Shown in pieces: positions 11,469 through 19,513 of a stretch of 64,000 nucleotides of DNA (positions within the stretch are counted from its first letter, which is position 1; each line of letters begins with the position of its first letter). Below the pieces are notes generated by a model. The model ran no database searches. It saw only the letters and a program-made list of their open reading frames with translations, and was not told the DNA's origin. The stretch is from Haplodiscus bocki (lineage: Eukaryota). The position numbers and the translations under genes are program-made. Where the stretch lies: NCBI GenBank assembly GCA_965655095.1, contig OZ296649.1:94860001-94924000 (forward strand). Direction: 5' to 3'.

Positions 11469-12221
11469 TTAAAAAGGTTTCGTCTGAGGTATTGCTTCTA
11501 AATATGTGTTTTTACTTTCATTACAAATGCAATATTTTCCTTGATCTCTCTTTTTAGATCTATCAATATAAAGATAATTATAATCATCCTCCCACGATTT
11601 TCTACATAAATCTTTAAATTCGTCGTAATTCATATCATATCCTGCGACATCTCTATATATATGTTCAATATCTTTTAACGTTTGATTAAACAAAATTATT
11701 TTGTTACTATTATTTCTTATTGTTCTTTTTGGTAAATCAAAATAAGATTGTGATAAATAATAAATATCTAGATTATTGTGTCGTCCTCTAATGAAAAATT
11801 GATCTATAAATCTACTATTTGTTGAACCTAAAACATCGTCAAAAACTATAATACCATTTTCATATTCGTTTAGAGGTTTTATTTCATCGCTTATTTCTCT
11901 AATTTTGATTTTAGAATTGGTATATTGTTCTGGGGGTGATTTAGTGATTATATAAATATCTCTATCTGATATACGCGAAAGAATTTTTAACATCAAATAT
12001 GTTTTACCCGAAAAAGATGGACGGACTAATAATGTTCGATTATTATTTTCAAATTTTGATTGTTTGTTAATGTTTTCGATAATTTTATTTGGAGGTAAGG
12101 TGTTAATATTGATTTTTCTTTTCTTTTTATTGTAACATTCCCTACAAATCGTTCTATCTTTCTTGTAATTATTTATATCTAATTTTATGTTACATGCAGA
12201 ACAATTTTTATTCTTATCCAT
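11469..12221 (-). CDS. A32/FtsK-like genome-packaging ATPase with N-terminal zinc ribbon, 250 aa
   Basis: Walker A RPSFSGKT (first Gly replaced by Arg), Walker B IIVFDD, RGRH and SQSYF motifs. Confidence 0.92.
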   Translation of the reverse strand: MDKNKNCSACNIKLDINNYKKDRTICRECYNKKKRKININTLPPNKIIENINKQSKFENNNRTLLVRPSFSGKTYLMLKILSRISDRDIYIITKSPPEQYTNSKIKIREISDEIKPLNEYENGIIVFDDVLGSTNSRFIDQFFIRGRHNNLDIYYLSQSYFDLPKRTIRNNSNKIILFNQTLKDIEHIYRDVAGYDMNYDEFKDLCRKSWEDDYNYLYIDRSKKRDQGKYCICNESKNTYLEAIPQTKPF

Positions 12222-12360
12222 TTAAAATACAAAACAGTTCATATTCTCATTTCATTTACATTGGATAGAACAGTTCAACAGAACAGACTTTTTTAAGTTC
12301 TAGGCTGAAAGTTTAATTTATTATGACTAAAAAAATTTAATTTTATTTTTATATTCATGT

Positions 12361-12893
12361 TTATAAAAAAGATTCATTTTTGTATTCATCAACATATCTA
12401 GTAAAAATATTACAAAGATTTTCATATTCGGTTTTATCGATAATATTATCTTGTAATGATTTTCTGTATAATTTATCAAAAGATTTAATAGTATTTTGAT
12501 CTCTTTCATATTGTTTTTTGTATTTATTGTATTTGTTTATAATTAATTTGTGTAATATTTTGTTACCTAATGATAGACCACAAGCAATACCAGCTGATAT
12601 AGGCAAAACAATTAAACCAATACCAGTAACCGATAGAGTTATCGATGTTGACGTTGCTCCGATAATAACGATGCTGTCTATAGATTCTAATATTGTGTTT
12701 AGAGTTTTATAATTTTTGTTTTTCTTTTTTGATTTGTTGTTTTTATCTTTGAAATAGGTTATCATTTCTTTGATGTTACTGATATGGTTATTGAAACTGT
12801 TAACATCATTTATTTTTTTTCTAGTCTTTTTTCTAAATCAATATTTTCTAATAACGGTGCTGATGGGTATAATTTATCTGTCTTTACTTCCAT
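12361..12893 (-). pseudogene. Putative membrane protein (~177 aa repaired) with LYPSAPL motif and hydrophobic hairpin; -1 frameshift in T8 at 12813-12820
   Basis: TAAATG start at 12893 gives MEVKTDKLYPSAPLLENIDLEKRLEKK; adding one A joins it to track ORF 12361-12765 (IVIIGATSTSITLSVTGIGLIVLPISAGIACGLSL). Confidence 0.75.
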
Positions 12894-12931
12894 TTATATA
12901 ACATAAAATGCAAAAATACTCTTATATGAGT

Positions 12932-13346
12932 TTAAGTAAATCTAGGTAAGTATAAACCTTTACCGGTGTGATAAAACGTTATCAACTCTGGCAATGTTGA
13001 TAGAGCTTGTTTCGAATTTCGAGAAGCAGCTGCTGTTGCTATTTTTGTTGTCAAATCTAGGGCTCTTCCAGGGTTGCTTAAAACGTTTTTTGCCATCTTT
13101 TTTGATGCATTAAGTCCTTTTTTACCTAGATTTTTGAAGAAATCGCCGAGACCTTCTGCTTGAATAACATTATCAGAAACAATCATTGTTTTTTTTTCTA
13201 TTACAAATCACACATTTTCCGACTAGTAATTTAACATCTTTACCAGTTTTTTTATTGATAGTCATCTCTCCAACTATGTTTTTTGTAGCAGATCGATGTC
13301 TACCTCCAACACAATATGAATCACTTTTAAATTTTTGAAAGCTCAT
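12932..13346 (-). pseudogene. Small basic virion-like protein (~137 aa repaired), Cys/His N-terminus plus amphipathic helix; +1 frameshift in T9 at 13189-13197
   Basis: TAAATG start at 13346: MSFQKFKSDSYCVGGRH...GKCVICNRKK then TMIVSDNVIQAEGLGDFFKNLGKKGL. Confidence 0.72.
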
Positions 13347-13387
13347 TTAAAATACAAATAAATATAAAAGTATGTAAACATGTTTGT

Positions 13388-14506
13388 TCAGATTTTAATC
13401 ATTTGTAATGTAAATGTCAACGTTTCGCCGTTAAAATCAACTTCTTTGTTATTATCATCTTCTAAATAAAATGTTATTGTATTCAAAACAGATTTATTTA
13501 TTTTTTTATAATGAATTGTTTCAGGTTCGCAAAAAACTTTATAACCACTTGGTTTGTCTCATACAAAACTAAACAGAATAGGCTGTCTTATCCCATCTTG
13601 AATACTACCATCGATAGCGTCGCATTTCAAATGAATTTTATCTATTGTATTTATATTTAAAATAAACTTATCGCTAGGGTAAACACCTGGAATAAGAACA
13701 TGATTAGAATTGTTTGGTTTATAATCCCAATATGGTGAAAACCCTAATAAAGTATGAAAAAAAGATTGCTTATCAAATCTCAATGTTCCTAAAGCAAACT
13801 TCTTTTTTCCATCCTTGAATTTTAAAACAATTGTCACTCTCTTGGTAATATCATCATATACTAATTCTATAGTCACTTCATGTCCACTGAAAGTTTCAAT
13901 AGCGTCAGAAATATCTTGTATTGTGTAAATTCCAGGAGTTAATTGGTAAGTGATAAAATGTGAATTATATTCTTTTAAAATTAACTGAATATCTTGTTCA
14001 TCTAATCCAATAACAAGCCTCAAATAACTCTCAAAATCTCGAAATGATGATGCGCAATAACCAAATAATAACATTATATAACCATCACTATCTCTCTTTT
14101 CATTTGATAGTCTAATATATTCATCAATAATACGAGGTCCTAATATTTCATCATTGAGATGATCATCCGTAATGTGTGAGATATTAAGAATTTCTTCGAG
14201 CTCATCTTTTAATTCTAAAAATCCAAACTTATCATCTTCACCTCTGTAAATATCGAATTTGTTATTTTCTTCTGTTATGTTAAAAATAGAATTATATACT
14301 TCTAGATTAACTAATCCCAACATCCAATCTCCTTTAACCTGAATTGGTGGTTTGAAATGAAATATTTCTCTTGGTTTAGTCATTTTGAATTCCAATGTTT
14401 CTTCTGGTTTTCTATGAGTCTGTTCAATAAGTGTTTCACAATTTTTAGTAATGGATAATAATAAATCTTCTGTTTCATTTTTAGGATGAATCATATTTAA
14501 GTTCAT
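13388..14506 (-). pseudogene. Minor capsid (penton-like) paralog B, 372 codons, in-frame TGA at 13559-13561
   Basis: After the stop the frame continues DKPSGYKVFCEPETIHYKKINKSVLNTITFYLEDDNNKEVDFNGETLTFTLQMIKI*, colinear with the C-terminus of paralog A. Confidence 0.82.
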
Positions 14507-14603
14507 TTAAAATTTAAAAAAATACTCCTATACAAGTATGAGAATTATACTCATATATGTGTAATTATATTTTGTATACATACATGTATAAGAGTATAAT
14601 TTT

Positions 14604-15668
14604 TTATATTTTTATTAATTGACATGTAAAAGATATCGTTTCACCATGAAAATCAACAGGTTTGTAATCATCGTCTTCAAAATAAAATGTTATGTGAGAT
14701 AGAACAGATTTATTCACTTTTTTGAAAAGTTTGACTCTAGGTTCTTTATATATTTTATGCCCAGGTGAAGACAAAGCAAAACTGTACAAAATAGGTTCTC
14801 GTATACCGTTAACGATAGATCCATGTATACAATCACATTTTAAATGAATTTTGTCAATTCCTGTAATGTTAATTGGTTTATCGCTTTTATACGATCCTGC
14901 TATCAATTGATAATGACTATCTATATCATCTAACGGATAAGATCGTGATTGTGTAAAACCTAAAATTGTATAAAAGAAAGATATTTCAGTAAATATTAGA
15001 GTTTGATTAATTTTTAAATTTGATTTTAATCCAATATCATCTATTGTAATGTTTACTTCTACATTATCAGGTAGAATATGTTTTAAATTATTATTTAAAT
15101 CGTTAACTTCATAAATACCCGGATTCAAACTATATCCGGTTCTTTTTGTAGGAATATATTTCAAGTCTAATATGTTCATAATTTCATCATAAGATAGTCG
15201 CATTCTATGAACTAAATCTTCAAGATCATTGTATTTAACATTTTTTAATTCTTGAAGTATCTCATATTTTTGATTATCAAAGTCTGATAATTTATATTCT
15301 TTGTCTGCTATTTTTATTTTATTTCCTCTTTTTTTAACTTCTACATGTAATCCAAGAGATTTAAGCTCTAATAATTTATTTAGATCGTTAATAGTTTTCT
15401 CATCGGTTTTATTTTGGTAATGACCTGGTATGATGATTGAAAACGAGTTATTATCATCAGTTACATTAAAAACAGAATTAGTACACTCAAGAGAAGACAC
15501 GGCAATTAACCATCTACCTTCTTCAACCAAATTTATTGGTGGATTAAACGAAAATGTTTGCATTTGTTTATTCATTTTGAATTCGAGTGTTTCTTGTGGT
15601 TTTGTCCTTGTTTGTTCAATCAAAGTATCAGTGTGTTTTTTAATTAAAAGTAATAGTTCATTATTCAT
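14604..15668 (-). CDS. Minor capsid (penton-like, single jelly-roll) paralog A, 354 aa
   Basis: NSVFNVTDDNNSF, PGIYE, IHLKCDCIHGSIVNG..PILYSF, ITFYFEDD..VDFHGE motifs typical of Polinton minor capsid proteins. Confidence 0.8.
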   Translation of the reverse strand: MNNELLLLIKKHTDTLIEQTRTKPQETLEFKMNKQMQTFSFNPPINLVEEGRWLIAVSSLECTNSVFNVTDDNNSFSIIIPGHYQNKTDEKTINDLNKLLELKSLGLHVEVKKRGNKIKIADKEYKLSDFDNQKYEILQELKNVKYNDLEDLVHRMRLSYDEIMNILDLKYIPTKRTGYSLNPGIYEVNDLNNNLKHILPDNVEVNITIDDIGLKSNLKINQTLIFTEISFFYTILGFTQSRSYPLDDIDSHYQLIAGSYKSDKPINITGIDKIHLKCDCIHGSIVNGIREPILYSFALSSPGHKIYKEPRVKLFKKVNKSVLSHITFYFEDDDYKPVDFHGETISFTCQLIKI

Positions 15669-15723
15669 TTATAATATTTATAATTACACTTATTCAAATA
15701 AAATTATTATACTTGTACAAATA

Positions 15724-15930
15724 CTATTTTGTAAGTATACCAAATCCACTAGCTGTAAAATCTTTAACAAATTTTTTATTTTTTTTTGAAAATTTTTTGT
15801 TTTGTTTACCTCCTCCTAAAATAGGTTGAGTTTTTTTATTTTTTGTCGTGGTTTGTTTAATATCTTTTGTTTGTTCACTTTTTGGGATATATCTAACACT
15901 ATTATCAACAGTTATTTTTCTCAATACCAT
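15724..15930 (-). CDS. Small Lys-rich protein, 68 aa, candidate core protein
   Basis: TAAATG start; very basic; ILGG/G matches the adenain cleavage consensus. Confidence 0.6.
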   Translation of the reverse strand: MVLRKITVDNSVRYIPKSEQTKDIKQTTTKNKKTQPILGGGKQNKKFSKKNKKFVKDFTASGFGILTK

Positions 15931-15953
15931 TTATAATATTCAAATACAAAGTT

Positions 15954-16367
15954 TTAAGAAAATCTTTGATAATACAAATTCAAAACAGAAGATTTAAAAT
16001 CAAAACCTAATATTTTTGTCAAGTAAATTATATATAAACAATAACTAGCGCAATAACTATCATTTTTTTGTATTTGATATTCTGAATATAAACAAAATCC
16101 ATTTCGTTTTATAATAAATTTAGATAATTTCTTTGGACAAACACAACCATATGAATCAAAATAGCTTTCGTTTATGTAGCAAACCCAATGAGTGCCTGTT
16201 GATGGGTGTAGATTAACAATACCAATATCAGATTTAAAAGGTCCGTCTCTTAAATAGATTTCAATATCATTCAAAGATAAGAATGAAAGGACTTGTTGAA
16301 TTTTTAGATTTGATGTTGCTTTATTTTTTAATTTATATTTTTCAATAAACTCATTAAACGTCATCAT
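15954..16367 (-). CDS. Adenain-like cysteine protease, 137 aa
   Basis: GTHWVCY (His), YFDSYG (Asp), QIQ..SYCASYC (Gln/Cys). Confidence 0.93.
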   Translation of the reverse strand: MMTFNEFIEKYKLKNKATSNLKIQQVLSFLSLNDIEIYLRDGPFKSDIGIVNLHPSTGTHWVCYINESYFDSYGCVCPKKLSKFIIKRNGFCLYSEYQIQKNDSYCASYCLYIIYLTKILGFDFKSSVLNLYYQRFS

Positions 16368-16418
16368 TTAAACACTCATATAATTGTATGTGATTATGTA
16401 TTTTCTGATAAATCAGGT

Positions 16419-16826
16419 CTACGCCTTGTTGTAAATAAAAAAATCTTTCAGTACTTCTTCAGCATTTTGAAAATTATCAAATAATCCCCTATCATATAAT
16501 ATTTGTATTGTTGTTTTCACAGCTCTTTGAATTAAAATTTCTTCTACATTTTGTTTGTCGTATTGTGATTTAAATTCGTTGAAATCTTTTTCTAATTTTG
16601 ATAAGTGACCATCTATTTTCAATAATTTTGAATCTAGATAAGCTTTGTTTATTACATCTTCGTTATCAACAGGTTCAAAATTTGTTGTTAATTTTTCATC
16701 CTTTTTATAAGTATCATGTACTTCAAGTTTTAATTGACTAATATTAACATCTTGTAATTTATCTCTTTTAGAAACGATACCATCGAATTCACTTTCCCAT
16801 AATTTATTATAAGATATATAAGCCAT
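16419..16826 (-). CDS. Hypothetical Polinton protein, 135 aa (coiled coil)
   Basis: Intact ORF, TAAATG start; C-terminus may be shifted at the A7 run 16437-16443. Confidence 0.7.
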   Translation of the reverse strand: MAYISYNKLWESEFDGIVSKRDKLQDVNISQLKLEVHDTYKKDEKLTTNFEPVDNEDVINKAYLDSKLLKIDGHLSKLEKDFNEFKSQYDKQNVEEILIQRAVKTTIQILYDRGLFDNFQNAEEVLKDFFIYNKA

Positions 16827-16847
16827 TTAATATATGAATATATTTAA

Positions 16848-17186
16848 TTATATTTTTTTGTTCATTTGTTTTTTCATCCTAGTCATAATTAAATTAGCTC
16901 TTTTTTCATCATCAATATCTTTTAATAGCTTTGCCTTTGATTCTTCTAACCATTTTTCATCGTAATCACCTATTTTGTTTTTTAAAGTATCATTTTCTGC
17001 AGATAGATCAACTATATCATCACCTAATAAATTAAAAGCTTTTTTAATAGCTGGCATCATGCTGACTAACTGCTCGCCTTTCTTTGCTTGAGTTGTTAAA
17101 GATTGTTGGTTAAATTCTTTGAGATCTTGAATGGTATCATTTCTTACTGTTTTATCATTAGAGCTCAATTGCATGACTAATTCCAT
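16848..17186 (-). CDS. Hypothetical coiled-coil protein, 112 aa
   Basis: Intact ORF, TAAATG start, co-oriented in the gene block. Confidence 0.7.
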   Translation of the reverse strand: MELVMQLSSNDKTVRNDTIQDLKEFNQQSLTTQAKKGEQLVSMMPAIKKAFNLLGDDIVDLSAENDTLKNKIGDYDEKWLEESKAKLLKDIDDEKRANLIMTRMKKQMNKKI

Positions 17187-17256
17187 TTATATACACATAA
17201 TTACAACATACTCATATAAAAGTATGTATACTAAATATAATTACATGTATAAGAGT

Positions 17257-17691
17257 TCAAATTTTATTATTCTTGAGAATTTTGTCTAAATAGTGTTCAT
17301 TAATTTCAATATTCTCTTGTACAGCACCACCTTTCAATTTGTTCTTTTTATTTTTAACTGTTTCGTTTAAAGTCGTCTTGAGGTCATTTGAGGTCATTTG
17401 AGGTCTTTTGAGGTCACCGATATCATCGATTTTAGCCTTTTTTGGTCGTTTTTTGGTGTTATTTGGGTTAATTCGGTATGGTGAAAGCATATTTATATCG
17501 TTTCGATATCTTTTTATAGTAGAAGAGGACATGTTTAATTGAGATGATATCTCTGATTGTGTCATTTTTGGATTCTGATATTTGATATTCATGAAATCAT
17601 TCATAAGTTTCAATTTATAATATTTAGTTAACATATTAGGATCCATTGCAGAATTTTTATTTATTTCGTTTAAAGAAGGAGTATTATTCAT
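17257..17691 (-). CDS. Helix-turn-helix DNA-binding protein, 144 aa
   Basis: MTQSEISSQLNMSSSTIKRYRNDI HTH pattern; NLS-like KKRPKK; LKGG/A site. Confidence 0.75.
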   Translation of the reverse strand: MNNTPSLNEINKNSAMDPNMLTKYYKLKLMNDFMNIKYQNPKMTQSEISSQLNMSSSTIKRYRNDINMLSPYRINPNNTKKRPKKAKIDDIGDLKRPQMTSNDLKTTLNETVKNKKNKLKGGAVQENIEINEHYLDKILKNNKI

Positions 17692-17902
17692 TTATATATA
17701 TCGTTATTGTTATTTTATTCTTATACAAGTACGTATATAAATACAAACATCATACTCTTATAAATGTAATTATATTTAGTATACATACTTGTATACGAGT
17801 ACAATTCTTATAAAAACACAATAATCACATCATTCTCGTATACAAGTATGTATACTAAATATAATTACATTTATATGAGTACATTTTTTATATGAGTACA
17901 AT

Positions 17903-18085
17903 TCATATATGAGTACAATTTTTTATATGAGTATAATTTTTAATATTGTATAATAAAACAAAAAATAAAAACACAAACATAATTATAACGATTAAAATTA
18001 TAAATATTTTAAAGTATTTGTTTTGTTTCTTTGTGTTATCAACAAAAATAATGTATTCTTCAAGTAAATTCGTTTTAATATTCAT
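17903..18085 (-). CDS. Small single-pass membrane protein, 60 aa
   Basis: TAAATG start; 20-residue hydrophobic stretch IFIILIVIIMFVFLFFVLLY preceded by basic residues. Confidence 0.5.
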   Translation of the reverse strand: MNIKTNLLEEYIIFVDNTKKQNKYFKIFIILIVIIMFVFLFFVLLYNIKNYTHIKNCTHI

Positions 18086-18452
18086 TTATATAAATCATCT
18101 TTTTATTTTTAATTCTTTGTCTCGCATCGTTTTTTAACATTTGAATAGCTAACATAGACTTTATTGGGTGCGAAATAAAAGCTAATTTAATTTCATTAAG
18201 TTGATTGTATTTAAGCACCGGTCTTTTTTTAATAATTTCGTTTATAATATGTTTCAAATCTTGTTCGTTATTGGGTTTTATATCTGTTGTAATGATTTGA
18301 TTGTCTTGTGTTATAAATTCTACTGTTACAATGCTTAAATATTTATTCGGGGTAAATTTTTCTTCTTTACAAGTGTTATGCATATGATCTATAAAGTCAT
18401 CGTATTCGTCTAAACCAACATTTTCAAAGTTGTATTCGTTAGAAAGCATCAT
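18075..18452 (-). CDS. Accessory protein, 125 aa, distant paralog of 3251-3760
   Basis: EYNFENVGLDEYDDFIDHMHNTCKEEKF vs EYEFDKTDIHEIDYILDDVIKDCRKKYF; YNQLNEIKLAFIS vs FNQINNFKIKILS. Confidence 0.65.
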   Translation of the reverse strand: MMLSNEYNFENVGLDEYDDFIDHMHNTCKEEKFTPNKYLSIVTVEFITQDNQIITTDIKPNNEQDLKHIINEIIKKRPVLKYNQLNEIKLAFISHPIKSMLAIQMLKNDARQRIKNKKMIYINEY

Positions 18453-18598
18453 TTATAACATTTTTTCTTGTAATTTAAAACAATTATGATATTATCGTAC
18501 ATATAATAATTTCTCAAAATCGTGATTATATACAAACTCATTGTAATGATCATAGAAATACTTTATCGTTTTTGATTTCAATAATTTTTTTAATATAA

Positions 18599-19141
18599 AT
18601 GACGGTTATATATATCGCTGAAAATAATTGTTATTGCTATGCAGTGACTTTTGAAAATAAAGGATGGGTTAAAGTTCAAAAATTTGAAGATGAGACTCTT
18701 GATGAAAATATTATTTACACAGTCAATCCTATGAAATCATTTTTGGGTAAAAGTCAACGTTGTAGTATGACAGCTTTGTCAGGAGCTTTTGATAAGGGCT
18801 GTTTCGATGGGAATACTATTTTACTTAAAGTAGGTATAGAAATTGGAAAAAATAAATATGTATATATTGGTGGTGATATGGTATGTTCTTTTATGACTAG
18901 TGATAATATATATGAATATATCTCGAATATGGGAAATAATTTGAGCCCTTATAGTATTGCTACTGGTGAGAAAAATTACTATTTGTTGGCTCCGAATTTT
19001 AGTTTTATTAAAAAGGATAAGATTGATTACAATACTATATTGAATGGAATTTACGTTCCTGAATCAGATTTGCCTTTTGAAAAAATTGAATTGTTTAAAA
19101 TTCATTCGAATTATGATAAAGATGACGATGATGACAACTAA
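18599..19141 (+). CDS. Accessory protein, 180 aa, resembling a hypothetical family of large DNA viruses
   Basis: Intact ORF, TAAATG start; FDGNTILL..YVYIG..YISNMGNNLSPYSIA.GEKNYY pattern (family resemblance is from memory). Confidence 0.7.
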   Translation: MTVIYIAENNCYCYAVTFENKGWVKVQKFEDETLDENIIYTVNPMKSFLGKSQRCSMTALSGAFDKGCFDGNTILLKVGIEIGKNKYVYIGGDMVCSFMTSDNIYEYISNMGNNLSPYSIATGEKNYYLLAPNFSFIKKDKIDYNTILNGIYVPESDLPFEKIELFKIHSNYDKDDDDDN

Positions 19142-19242
19142 ATCGTGATTATATCGAAACTCATTGTAATGATCATAGAAATACTTTTCATTTTGCTTGT
19201 CTCCAATGGTATTCATATAATAATCCAGGTATACTCACATGA
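19141..19242 (+). pseudogene. 3' relic of a paralog of the 169-aa gene
   Basis: Translates NRDYIETHCNDHRNTFHFACLQWYSYNNPGILT* vs NRDYIQTFCNDINNPFQFACRQWFLYNNPGILT* at 3251-3352. Confidence 0.85.
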
Positions 19243-19513
19243 ATACATATAAAAATACTAGTATAATTATTTTTATATTTGTATGAATACTTTTTTGTAA
19301 AAATATAATTGTTTATATACTTGTACAAATACTATTTTGTCGATTTCTCGAAAATGGTAACAGATACGAGGTTGATATTTTCAGCGCACACTAATATTTC
19401 AACGAGCTATCCAAAAAAATATCACACTTTGTTGTAGCTCAAAATTTTATAATCTGTACATGTTTAACGTATGTCGACATTTTGGGTTTTTGGCAATTTT
19501 CTCGAAGATTATA

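Noticed and set aside
8708-13561. TGA recoding or readthrough in integrase and penton B
   Set aside because: TGA is used as a normal stop in several other genes, and the number of nonsense codons fits the decay implied by TIR divergence.
7892-15789. Antisense or nested ORFs (7892, 10615, 12327, 12518, 15430)
   Set aside because: Shadows of real genes; no motifs and no TAAATG starts.
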